From the NCBI GenBank assembly GCA_025059595.1, contig JANXDI010000029.1, forward strand, positions 258,735 to 282,734: DNA of 24,000 nt. Direction: 5' to 3'. The DNA comes from Candidatus Calditenuaceae archaeon (lineage in GTDB: Archaea > Thermoproteota > Nitrososphaeria_A > Caldarchaeales > Calditenuaceae). The position numbers and the translations under genes are program-made. This document shows, one piece after another, positions 7,571 to 15,580 of the stretch (the stretch's first letter is position 1; each line of letters begins with the position of its first letter). The notes beneath the pieces were generated by a model. That model did no database searches, had not been told where the DNA came from, and worked only from the letters and a program-made list of their open reading frames with translations.

Positions 7571-8731
7571 TTAGATATCCCCTGACTTGCTACTGCTTCT
7601 CTTTTCTCTTATCCTTTTTGAGGATTGTCTAATCGGTGGGGCCTCCTCACGCCTTATATAGAGTGTTCTGACTGGGAAAGGTATCTCAATTTCCTCAGCC
7701 TTCAACCTCTTGATGAGCCTCTTATTCATCTCGTGAATCTGCTGCCCACGTTCCCTGACGCTAGAGGCCATCCATATCACTGTGAAGTTGAGTGAATACT
7801 CGGCGGGGGCGAGTCTCACGAGGGGAGTGAAGTTAGGCGTCGCTCCTGGAATCTCTTTCACGGCCTTTGCCGCTTCATCGAGAAGAATCTGCTCAACCCT
7901 GTCCGGGTCCTCGCCGTAGCCTACGCCTATCACAGTTGAGAGCATTATTTCCTGCCCAGGCATATCATAGTTAGTTACTATCGACTCGGCAAGTTTCTTG
8001 TTAGGTATAATTAGCAGATTGTTTGCGAGGGTCTGTATCTTAGTGGTTCTCCAGCTGATGTCTGTGATTGTTCCCTCCCCCACGCCCTCTATGCTGACGA
8101 AGTCTCCGACTCTAATTGACTTCTCGGCCAAGATGTAGAAGCCGGAGAAGAAATTTGCTAAGGTGTCTTGGAGAGCGAGAGCTACAGCGAGCGCTCCTAT
8201 ACCGAGGGAGGCCACGAGCGGAGTGATCTCGATTCCCAGCTCTGAGAGTACTATCACTATCGCCAAAGAGAGAATAGCTATCTTAGCAATCACCTGCCCG
8301 AGGCTCGTCACTTGAATAGCAGCCCCAATCCTAGAGCCGTAGTATCTTATCATCCCCGAGGCTAGGTTGGCTAGAGTCCAAGCGACTGAAAGTATGAGAA
8401 ACGCCAAGAGCCCCCTGTCGACGACCACTCCAATTTGGGGAGGAACTTTTATCAAGCTAGCAGCCGCGTAGACTCCACCGATCAGGAACCAGAGAATTAT
8501 CGAGGATCGAACAACACCTAAAATGACGTCGTCAAGCTTGCTCTCAGTCCGCTCAGCCCAGCCGCGTATAATTCTCGTCAAAATCCTCCGAGCGAGAAAG
8601 CCTAGCGACAGAATCACCGCAAACGCTATTCCCGCGTAGAGATATTCCTCCACAACCGACAAACCTAGACAAAACCCGCCAACACCCATGTAATAAACTC
8701 TGGGCCCACATTGAGCATGAGCAGAAAACAC
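7571..8731 (-). CDS. mscS: MscS-family small-conductance mechanosensitive channel
   Basis: Several N-terminal TM helices are followed by ALQDTLANFFSGFYILAEKSIRVGDFVSIEG..GTITDISWRTTKIQTLANNLLIIPNKKLAESIVTNY, the MscS beta-domain signature. The start is either GTG 8731 or ATG 8689. Confidence 0.85.
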   Translation of the reverse strand: MFSAHAQCGPRVYYMGVGGFCLGLSVVEEYLYAGIAFAVILSLGFLARRILTRIIRGWAERTESKLDDVILGVVRSSIILWFLIGGVYAAASLIKVPPQIGVVVDRGLLAFLILSVAWTLANLASGMIRYYGSRIGAAIQVTSLGQVIAKIAILSLAIVIVLSELGIEITPLVASLGIGALAVALALQDTLANFFSGFYILAEKSIRVGDFVSIEGVGEGTITDISWRTTKIQTLANNLLIIPNKKLAESIVTNYDMPGQEIMLSTVIGVGYGEDPDRVEQILLDEAAKAVKEIPGATPNFTPLVRLAPAEYSLNFTVIWMASSVRERGQQIHEMNKRLIKRLKAEEIEIPFPVRTLYIRREEAPPIRQSSKRIREKRSSSKSGDI

Positions 8732-8746
8732 AACACCTCAATCCTC

Positions 8747-8753
8747 AAAAAAA
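8747..8753 (-). terminator. Oligo-T tract (T7 on the minus strand) immediately 3' of tRNA-Gln
   Basis: The plus strand has AAAAAAA at 8747-8753, directly after the discriminator base. Oligo-T runs are the usual archaeal termination signal. Confidence 0.35.
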
Positions 8754-8881
8754 TAGCCCGGGCCGGATTCGAACCGGCGTCCCCGGGGATCTCCTCCGAG
8801 TCCCACAGATCCAGAGCCCGGGATCCTTGGCCCCTGCTATCTGGCCATGTGCCGGGGGTTTGGCCGCTAGACGACCGGGCT
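8754..8881 (-). tRNA. tRNA-Gln (anticodon CUG) with two predicted introns (D-loop, ~33 nt; anticodon loop 37/38, ~22 nt)
   Basis: The minus-strand read is AGCCCGG UC GUCU AGCGGCCAA [33 nt] GGAU C CCGGG CUCUGG [22 nt] C CCCGG GGAC GCCGG UUCGAAU CCGGC CCGGGCU A. All four stems pair once the two insertions are removed. The acceptor stem has 7 bp with A1-U72, the T-arm is GCCGG/CCGGC, and the anticodon CTG corresponds to plus 8812-8814. The exact D-loop junction is ambiguous because GGCCAA flanks both ends. No CCA is encoded. Confidence 0.75.
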
Positions 8882-8939
8882 TTTTCGGCTTATAGGTTGT
8901 GGGCTCTGGTATTTTATTGTTATTTCGTTTTGTCTGCAT

Positions 8940-8947
8940 CTTTTTAA
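8940..8947 (+). promoter_or_regulatory. Candidate TATA box (CTTTTTAA) for the PAC2-family gene
   Basis: Its centre is about 26 nt upstream of GTG 8969. Alternatively it serves ATG 8981, which is preceded by a GGAGAGG Shine-Dalgarno-like element. Confidence 0.35.
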
Positions 8948-8968
8948 CCAGCTTTCACCCGGTAATCT

Positions 8969-9790
8969 GTGGAGAGGTTGATGAGCGAGTCTATTCTGCA
9001 TCTGAGGTCCACTCCTGATATGAAGAGCCCTGTTATGATTGTTGGGTTTGCAGGCTGGCCCGACGCTGGTGGCGTATCGTCGCTCTCAGTCACCTATCTG
9101 CGGGATTCACTGAATGCTAATCAAATAGGATACATCGACATGTCTCAGTTCATTGACCATACGCAGCATAGGCCCCATGTGGTTATTGAGGATGGTATTT
9201 TGAAGATGATTGGGATGCCGAGCTTCGAGATTTACTGGGGGTTGACCGCCGAGAGAGACGTTATTCTTATTCGTGGATATGAGCCTATGAGCGGCTGGGA
9301 CAGGCTGGTCAAAGCCATATTCAATCTCGTTGAGAAGTCTGGGGTAGAGAGTATGGTCTCGATTGGCGGACTCCTTGATAGGATTCCACACACAAGACCA
9401 GTAAGGATTTCTTTCCTCACAACAAGTAAAGAGTCATATTTTAAGGCCATTTCGCTTGGATTGAGACCATCAAATTATCAAGGCCCAGCGAGCATCCACA
9501 GCTACCTAATGCACGAATGCGGAAAGCTTGGGTTACAGGCAATATCTGTGTGGGGCCATGTTCCCAGCTACCTCAACATTCCAAATCCTCGCGTTGTGGC
9601 TGCGGTGCTTGAAAAGATTGGAGCTATCCTCGACATAAAGTTCAACCTCGATAGGCTGTATGTGGAGTCCACGGTCTTCGAGGGTAAGGTTGCAAGCCTC
9701 GTAGAGCAGGATAGTGAATTGAGTAGGCTGGTTGAGAGGCTTGAAAAGGAGTATGACGATGAGACGAGGCCGCCTGGCTATATAGTGTAG
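8969..9790 (+). CDS. PAC2 (proteasome assembly chaperone 2-like) family protein
   Basis: PVMIVGFAGWPDAGGVSSLSVTYL near the N-terminus, the ~270 aa size and the C-terminal acidic/coiled region are typical of archaeal PAC2-family proteins. The start is GTG 8969 or ATG 8981. Confidence 0.65.
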   Translation: MERLMSESILHLRSTPDMKSPVMIVGFAGWPDAGGVSSLSVTYLRDSLNANQIGYIDMSQFIDHTQHRPHVVIEDGILKMIGMPSFEIYWGLTAERDVILIRGYEPMSGWDRLVKAIFNLVEKSGVESMVSIGGLLDRIPHTRPVRISFLTTSKESYFKAISLGLRPSNYQGPASIHSYLMHECGKLGLQAISVWGHVPSYLNIPNPRVVAAVLEKIGAILDIKFNLDRLYVESTVFEGKVASLVEQDSELSRLVERLEKEYDDETRPPGYIV

Positions 9791-9813
9791 AGGCACCAAC
9801 CGTCTGAGCCTGT

Positions 9814-10653
9814 ATGTTGAGATTCTCAATTGTTGGCTGCGGTCAGATGGGCTCATGGTTCGCCAGGCATCTCTCCGCGAGAGGGGCTAGCCTAACTCTT
9901 CACGACAAGGAGAGACGTAAGGCCGAGAGTTTGGCTAAGAGATTTGACGCGCGAGTCATAGACTCGATTGAGGAGGCGGCGGATAGTGGACCCATACTTC
10001 TTGCGCTCCCTATCAAGGAGACCAGCCAAGCTTTAAGAGACTTGGTGGACTTTGCGGAACATAAACTCAGGATTGTTGAGATATGCTCTTTCAAGGGGCC
10101 TCTGAGAAAACAGATATCTTATGCGAGGAGGGGGGGCCACGTTGTAGCCTCTATTCATCCGCTCTTCGGCCCAGGGCAGAGAGATGATAAAGACACCGTC
10201 ACGATTCACGTAGATAGGGGTAGCAGGTCTGAAGACTTCCTCGTGAGAATGCTCCTCCCCAAGACGCGGATACGCAGAATGACGTGGTTTGAGCATGATG
10301 AGGCCATGACTGTTGCCATCTCCCTCACACACTTCATTGGAATCTCAGCAGCACAGCAAGTCTCGAAAATTAGGCCTCTCAAGGTCAAGACCAAGAGCCT
10401 CTACACCTTACTTTCACTGATCTCCATCAGCATATCGGAGTCGGATAGTTTCTACGAGGATTACGCGATGAATAACTCAAGCGCGATGAAACTCTTCAGG
10501 GCATACGCCGCCAACGTACAAACGTTCTTGAAAGCTCTAGAGAGGAGTAGAGCGACAGAACTCGTTAAAGAGGCAAGGAAAGTGCTTAGAAGGCGATACG
10601 CCCTCGACGTGATTTACAATAGTCTCTACTCAGATTCGCGGAATTGTCGGTGA
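9814..10653 (+). CDS. tyrA: Prephenate dehydrogenase
   Basis: The N-terminal Rossmann segment is FSIVGCGQMGSWFARHL. SIHPLFGP and the following helical dimerisation domain (HDEAMTVAISLTHFIG) match the TyrA/prephenate dehydrogenase pattern. Confidence 0.75.
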   Translation: MLRFSIVGCGQMGSWFARHLSARGASLTLHDKERRKAESLAKRFDARVIDSIEEAADSGPILLALPIKETSQALRDLVDFAEHKLRIVEICSFKGPLRKQISYARRGGHVVASIHPLFGPGQRDDKDTVTIHVDRGSRSEDFLVRMLLPKTRIRRMTWFEHDEAMTVAISLTHFIGISAAQQVSKIRPLKVKTKSLYTLLSLISISISESDSFYEDYAMNNSSAMKLFRAYAANVQTFLKALERSRATELVKEARKVLRRRYALDVIYNSLYSDSRNCR

Positions 10654-10668
10654 GAAAGGTTCATATTC

Positions 10669-11295
10669 GTGGCAAAGCTCCTCAGGAATATGCAGAAATA
10701 TACTCTTCCACAGCTGCCATACGCCTACAATGCTCTCGAGCCGGTGATATCTGAGCAGATTATGTTGCTTCACCATACGAAGCATCACCAAGCCTATGTA
10801 AACGGCGCTAACGCGGCTTTGGAGAAGATTGAAAGGTCGGTGAGGGGAGAGCTTGAGATTGATGTCAGGGCTGTTTTAAGGGATTTGAGCTTCAACCTCG
10901 ACGGACATAAACTCCACTCAATATTCTGGCCGAATATGGCCCCGCTTGGTAAAGGGGGTGGTAAGCCTGGGGGCGGAGTGGCTGACAGGTTGGAGAAGGA
11001 GTTTGGCGGCTTCGACCGCTTCAAGAAACTTTTCAGCGACGCAGCCAAGACGGTTGAGGGAGTGGGATGGGCCCTTCTGCTCTACGACCCTGAGAGTGAC
11101 AGGCTTGTCTTGACGCAGATTGAGAAGCAGAATCTGATGCATCTCGCCCAGCTCCCAATTCTCCTCTCACTTGATGTCTGGGAGCATGCCTACTACCTCC
11201 AGTACAAGAACGACCGAGCGAGCTACGTGGATGCGTGGTGGCAGGTTGTTAACTGGGACGATGTTGAAAAGAGGTTCAGTAAAGCCAAGGTTTAA
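10669..11295 (+). CDS. sod: Fe/Mn superoxide dismutase
   Basis: YTLPQLPYAYNALEPVISEQIMLLHHTKHHQAYVNGAN and DVWEHAYYLQYKNDRASYVDAWWQVVNWDDV are the canonical Fe/Mn-SOD N- and C-terminal signatures, including the metal ligands. The start is GTG 10669 or ATG 10690. Confidence 0.95.
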   Translation: MAKLLRNMQKYTLPQLPYAYNALEPVISEQIMLLHHTKHHQAYVNGANAALEKIERSVRGELEIDVRAVLRDLSFNLDGHKLHSIFWPNMAPLGKGGGKPGGGVADRLEKEFGGFDRFKKLFSDAAKTVEGVGWALLLYDPESDRLVLTQIEKQNLMHLAQLPILLSLDVWEHAYYLQYKNDRASYVDAWWQVVNWDDVEKRFSKAKV

Positions 11296-11335
11296 AACCA
11301 AAGAACTCTGAAATTTTGTGTGGTGTTTTCGCTTC

Positions 11336-12460
11336 ATGAGGCTTATCGAGTATGAGGGCTTAAGCCTACTGAGTGAAGCTGGTATTCCAACTCCACGGTT
11401 CAGGGTCGTCAGCGACCCAGACGAGGCTGTAAAGGCTGCGGTGGAGGTTGGACTCCCGGTTGTTTTAAAGGCTCAGGTCCTGGTTGGGGGGAGGGGGAAG
11501 GCCGGCGGAGTCAAGTTCGCCGAGAGTTTGGATGAGGTCGAGAGAATTGCCGGCGCCCTCTTTGGCTCCGAGATAAGGGGGGAGAGGGTTGGTAGGGTGA
11601 TGGTCGCTGAAGCGGTGAAGCACTCTGAGGAGCTTTATCTCTCAATTATAGTGGACCGCGCCTCGAACACCCACCTGATACTCGCTTCTAGGATGGGTGG
11701 TGTAGATGTTGAGGAGCTTTCGAAAAGGATGCCGGAGAAGCTCATCAAAGTCTCAGTTGACCCGTTGATTGGGCTCCGGGACTGGCAGGTGAGGAGGGTA
11801 TCATCGCTTCTGGATTTGCCATCGGGATTGGCCCCAAAGATTCAAGATATTGTCAGGAGACTGTATGAGGTTTATCGGGCCTTCTACTGTGACCTCGCGG
11901 AAATCAACCCTCTCGCTCAAACTGAAGATGGGAGGCTCATCGCGCTTGATGCCAAGTTGATAATCGATGATAACGCAGCTAGGATGTTCGGGTTCAGATT
12001 CGGAGGCGGGCTTGATGCGGAGAGGGAGGCGGAGAAGCTTGGCTTAAACTATGTGGAGCTTGAAGGCGACATAGGGATAATCTGTAATGGCGCAGGCTTG
12101 ACCATGGCGACCATGGACCTGATACACAGTTTGGGTAGGAGGCCTGCTTGCTTCCTTGACCTGGGTGGCGGCGCCTCCGCGGAAAAAGTTTACGAGGCTG
12201 TTAAATTCCTCTTCAACAGGCCGCACGTCAAGCTGGTCCTACTCAACGTATTGGCGGGGATTACGAGGAGCGATGAAGTTGCCGAAGGCATCGTCAGGGC
12301 GTACGACGAGTTTAGAGGCTCCAAGAAGATTGTTGTGAGGCTTACGGGAACGAGAGAGGAGGAGGGTAGGAGGATTCTAGAGTCGAGGAATATAGGATAT
12401 TTTACCCGGATGCCGGAGGCGGCTGAGGAGGCGGTTAGACAGCTGGCTACATCAAGCTAA
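11336..12460 (+). CDS. sucC: Succinyl-CoA synthetase beta subunit-like ATP-grasp protein
   Basis: MRLIEYEGLSLLSEAGIPTPRF...VVLKAQVLVGGRGKAGGVKFA is a SucC-type ATP-grasp N-terminus. The C-terminal CoA-ligase domain shows IGIICNGAGLTMATMD and LNVLAGITRSDEVAEGIV. ATG 11336 is preferred over GTG 11318. No sucD lies adjacent. Confidence 0.8.
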   Translation: MRLIEYEGLSLLSEAGIPTPRFRVVSDPDEAVKAAVEVGLPVVLKAQVLVGGRGKAGGVKFAESLDEVERIAGALFGSEIRGERVGRVMVAEAVKHSEELYLSIIVDRASNTHLILASRMGGVDVEELSKRMPEKLIKVSVDPLIGLRDWQVRRVSSLLDLPSGLAPKIQDIVRRLYEVYRAFYCDLAEINPLAQTEDGRLIALDAKLIIDDNAARMFGFRFGGGLDAEREAEKLGLNYVELEGDIGIICNGAGLTMATMDLIHSLGRRPACFLDLGGGASAEKVYEAVKFLFNRPHVKLVLLNVLAGITRSDEVAEGIVRAYDEFRGSKKIVVRLTGTREEEGRRILESRNIGYFTRMPEAAEEAVRQLATSS

Positions 12461-12745
12461 GGGCTCCCGTATCTCTTGTCTATTACTATTACTCTTTGAC
12501 AGAAGCTCAGCCCTCTCACGAAGGCCGCTTCTGAATTCTAGCAGCCCCAACACTATCACGGGGCTCGCTGCGATGCTAAGTATCAAGTTAACGGAAAACA
12601 GACCGGCCAGCTCCGCCATCAGCCCCTTAACAAAGGGAGTAGAAGCCATTCCGAGCGCGACTAGCGTAACGCCTGCTACTGTGGGCGCGACCCCGAACCC
12701 CAACCCCAAGCCAACAGCTAAAAGTCCACGAACGACTCTGTCCAT
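12452..12745 (-). CDS. Small hydrophobic membrane protein (hypothetical)
   Basis: This is a 97-aa ORF with about three hydrophobic G/A/L/V-rich segments and a charged C-terminal tail. Its 3' end overlaps the sucC stop region convergently. Confidence 0.45.
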   Translation of the reverse strand: MDRVVRGLLAVGLGLGFGVAPTVAGVTLVALGMASTPFVKGLMAELAGLFSVNLILSIAASPVIVLGLLEFRSGLRERAELLSKSNSNRQEIREPLA

Positions 12746-12835
12746 CTCGAAGACTCAAAGACCGGGCTTCAATAATAAAGGGTTTTGGAGACCTGCTGAA
12801 TCGGGGATTTCAGAGTATTACTGAGCCAATACCCC

Positions 12836-13312
12836 CTACACTCCGAGGTGAAGCTCGTCCTCCGGGATGCCCGCCACGTGGAAAATCTCCCTCTCCGTAG
12901 CCCCGGGCTTCAGCGTCCTATATCTCTCATAAAAAGCACTCCTAACCTCCTCCACGCTCTTAAAGAGCTCGGACATGTCCCTGTAACCACCTCTCAGAAC
13001 CCTATACTTCAACCTCCCCTCAGCCTCCTCAGCAATAACACACCTAACAACTCCGCCCACCTTCTCATACCCGCGAACACCGCTCCGACCCGCATTCTTC
13101 GCCCGCGCCTCCACAAGAACCGAAATTCTCTTCCTCCGCTCCCCCTCAGACCGAACAATTTCGAGGCTAAAACCGCAAGTCCCGAACCTCTGATAAATCC
13201 TCCTCTCCATCGGATAATGCCTCAACGTTGCTAAGCCAGTCGTCTCCGAACTCTTTATCAGCTTCACGATATCATCGACGATTTTCTTTGTTGTAACTCC
13301 CCGCCTACTCAA
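12836..13312 (-). CDS. Hypothetical protein
   Basis: This is a 158-aa ORF with a protein-like, charged composition. The antisense plus-strand ORF is Pro/Leu/Asn-rich and looks spurious. It sits 54 nt downstream of tRNA-Lys on the same strand. The start is uncertain: TTG 13312, GTG 13267 or ATG 13210. Confidence 0.5.
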   Translation of the reverse strand: MSRRGVTTKKIVDDIVKLIKSSETTGLATLRHYPMERRIYQRFGTCGFSLEIVRSEGERRKRISVLVEARAKNAGRSGVRGYEKVGGVVRCVIAEEAEGRLKYRVLRGGYRDMSELFKSVEEVRSAFYERYRTLKPGATEREIFHVAGIPEDELHLGV

Positions 13313-13366
13313 CCCTCCATGAATATAAATCGGTGAATAATAATTCTTCTACCTCGCAACTCACAG

Positions 13367-13440
13367 CGGGCCCGGAGGGATTTGAACCCTCGACCTACCG
13401 GTTAAGAGCCGGCCGCTCTACCTGCCTGAGCTACGGGCCC
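13367..13440 (-). tRNA. tRNA-Lys (anticodon CUU), intron-less
   Basis: The minus-strand read is GGGCCCG UA GCUC AGGCAGGUA GAGC G GCCGG CUCUUAA CCGGU AGGUC GAGGG UUCAAAU CCCUC CGGGCCC G. It forms a perfect cloverleaf with a 7-bp acceptor stem, a GTTCAAATC T-loop and U33 before the anticodon CTT. No CCA is encoded. Confidence 0.95.
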
Positions 13441-13463
13441 GGTTAGACTCTCTTCTCTCGATT

Positions 13464-13471
13464 AATTTAAA
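13464..13471 (-). promoter_or_regulatory. Candidate TATA box (TTTAAATT on the minus strand) for tRNA-Lys
   Basis: Its centre is about 27 nt upstream of the tRNA 5' end (13440), which is the canonical archaeal TATA-to-TSS distance. Confidence 0.5.
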
Positions 13472-13546
13472 CATGAAATCGGCTCAGTTATTCGGGGAGC
13501 CTCTGCGGTCGCTGATTTATTTGCCGGTGTGTCTTAGTTCACCGTC

Positions 13547-13831
13547 ATGCTTGGCCGTGTTTTGATTGTTCTGTTTGGATGGTCTGTCTGCTTCTTGGCT
13601 GCTATTTCATTGGGGTTTTGGAGGGAGTGGCCCGATTTCGTCCACGTCAGTTATGGCTTCCCATTTCCGTGGGCCGTACACGTGCTCGTCACATTCACAG
13701 GACCGACCGATTTCTGGTCTTTGAATGTCTCAGCGCTTCTCCTTGACATTATTTTCTGGATAGCAGTTTTGGCGACTGTGATGGTCGCAGCCCTCAGAGT
13801 CAAGGGCACCCAGCGGCAGGTCTATAGGTAA
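13547..13831 (+). CDS. Small membrane protein (hypothetical)
   Basis: This is a 94-aa ORF with three hydrophobic helices (VLIVLFGWSVCFLAAISLGFW, FPFPWAVHVLVTF, ALLLDIIFWIAVLATVMVAAL). The TATA-like GATTTATT at 13513-13520 is centred about 30 nt upstream of ATG 13547. Confidence 0.5.
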   Translation: MLGRVLIVLFGWSVCFLAAISLGFWREWPDFVHVSYGFPFPWAVHVLVTFTGPTDFWSLNVSALLLDIIFWIAVLATVMVAALRVKGTQRQVYR

Positions 13832-13908
13832 ATGTCGACCTTCACTCCACCGATTAGATTTAATACTTGAGAAAGAGGTGCATTTTTAGGTGAGAGGAGC
13901 TCGGCAGA

Positions 13909-15576
13909 TGGGTTGTAGGGGGAGCTTGGCCTTATATTCATGGTGTCCCGCATATCGGCAATCTGATAGGGTCTGAGCTCTCAGCCGATGTCTTCGCAAG
14001 ATATCTTAGATTGAAAGGTGAGGACGTCGTCTTCGTCAGCGGCTCTGACGAGCATGGGACACCGATTGAGGTTGAGGCGGCGAAGCAGGGAATTGACCCT
14101 AAAGCCTTGACTGACAAGTTCCACACTAAGGTGGTTCAGCTCTTCCAAGGATTCAACCTCTCTTTCGACAACTACACCAGGACACACAACCCCATCCACA
14201 TATCGTTCTGCCAGAACTTCTTCAAGCGAGTCTACGAGAATGGATACATCTTCGACAGCGAAATCGACCAGCTTTATTGCGAGAAATGCGGCAGATTTCT
14301 TCCGGACAGATTTGTGCACGGGACTTGCCCCTACTGCGGATACGGTTTCGCGAGGGGAGACCAGTGCGAGTCGTGTGGAAGAGTGTTAGACCCTCTCGAG
14401 CTTCTGGGCCCCACTTGCGCTATCTGCGGCTCAACGCCATTAATCAGGTCGACTAGACACTGGTTCCTCGACCTTCCCCAGCTTTCGGAGAGGCTTAGGG
14501 ATTGGTTGGCTTCGAGCCAGTCGATGCCTGAGCGTGTGAAGGCTTTCAGCCTGGGCTGGATTGAGGAAGGGTTGAGGCCTAGAGCTGTTACGCGGGATAA
14601 TAAGTGGGGGATTCCCGCGCCGTTTCCTGGGTCGGAGAAGAAGACCATTTACGTGTGGTTTGAGGCTGTCTTGGGCTACATTTCGGCGACTGTGGAGCTT
14701 GGAGTGTCCAGGGGCGAGCCCGACCTCTGGGAGAGATACTGGCTGGACAGCCAGACGAAGACGGCCTACTTCATCGGAAAGGACAACATTCCATTTCACA
14801 CAATAATCCTCCCCGCGCTTCTCATGGCGCACGGCGACGGCTTCGTCTTACCTTGGACAGTCTCGGCCACCGAGTATCTAACCTTCGAGGGGCAGAAGTT
14901 CTCCAAGAGTAAGAGAATAGGAGTTTGGCTTGACGAGGCTCTTGAGATACTGCCGGGCGACTATTGGAGATATTACCTGGTCAAGATAAGGCCTGAGACA
15001 AGCGACACAAACTTCAAGTGGCAGGATTTCACCGCGACCGTGAACAGCGACCTAAACGACGACATCGGCAACTATATTCACCGCGTCTTAACATTCATCT
15101 ACACATATTTCGGGGGCGAGGTTCCACCACCCAGCGAGCTGGACCAAGACGACAGGGAGATTCTCTCAAAGATAGTCGAGACCGGGCGGAGAACTGAGTT
15201 TCTGATGGAAGATGTTAGGGAGAGACAGGCTCTTATTGAAGTGCTCTCCCTCGTCAAGGAGGCTAACGGGTACCTAAATCTCAAGGAGCCCTGGAAGCTA
15301 CATAAAACCGACCCAGTGAAGGCGGCGACCACGCTCTACGTCGCCTCTCAAGTAGTCGCTGCACTATCCATCCTCCTAGACATGTTCACTCCAGTGGCCG
15401 CCTCCTCAATCCGGAGGATGCTTAAGCTCGAAGAGAAAGCATCGGGAAGCTGGAAGAGGATAGGCGAGGAGCTAGTCACACCAAAGACTTTGATTGAGAG
15501 GCCCATTCCCCTGTTCAGAAAAGTCACAGAGAGGGAAATATTAGGTAGGCGGGAAAAAATAGCTACAGCCTATTGA
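13909..15576 (+). CDS. metG: Methionyl-tRNA synthetase (no C-terminal tRNA-binding appendix)
   Basis: The track ORF starts at TTG 14011. The same frame is open from 13894 and encodes WVVGGAWPYIHGVPHIGNLIGSELSADVFARYLRLKGEDVVFVSGSDEHGTPIE, the MetRS N-terminus with its HIGH-type motif. Downstream are the zinc knuckles CPYCG..CESCG and CAICG, and KFSKSK (the KMSKS motif). No canonical in-frame start precedes the HIGH motif (see finding). Confidence 0.9.
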   Translation, partial: WVVGGAWPYIHGVPHIGNLIGSELSADVFARYLRLKGEDVVFVSGSDEHGTPIEVEAAKQGIDPKALTDKFHTKVVQLFQGFNLSFDNYTRTHNPIHISFCQNFFKRVYENGYIFDSEIDQLYCEKCGRFLPDRFVHGTCPYCGYGFARGDQCESCGRVLDPLELLGPTCAICGSTPLIRSTRHWFLDLPQLSERLRDWLASSQSMPERVKAFSLGWIEEGLRPRAVTRDNKWGIPAPFPGSEKKTIYVWFEAVLGYISATVELGVSRGEPDLWERYWLDSQTKTAYFIGKDNIPFHTIILPALLMAHGDGFVLPWTVSATEYLTFEGQKFSKSKRIGVWLDEALEILPGDYWRYYLVKIRPETSDTNFKWQDFTATVNSDLNDDIGNYIHRVLTFIYTYFGGEVPPPSELDQDDREILSKIVETGRRTEFLMEDVRERQALIEVLSLVKEANGYLNLKEPWKLHKTDPVKAATTLYVASQVVAALSILLDMFTPVAASSIRRMLKLEEKASGSWKRIGEELVTPKTLIERPIPLFRKVTEREILGRREKIATAY

Positions 15577-15580
15577 GCGT

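Noticed and set aside
8711-8947. Track ORFs 8711..8947 (+) and 8745..8939 (-)
   Set aside because: Both are laid over the intron-containing tRNA-Gln and its flanks. The open frames are a by-product of GC-rich structured RNA sequence.
12848-13234. Plus-strand ORF 12848..13234 (128 aa)
   Set aside because: It has a Pro/Leu/Asn-rich low-complexity translation. The opposite-strand 158-aa ORF has a normal globular, charged composition.
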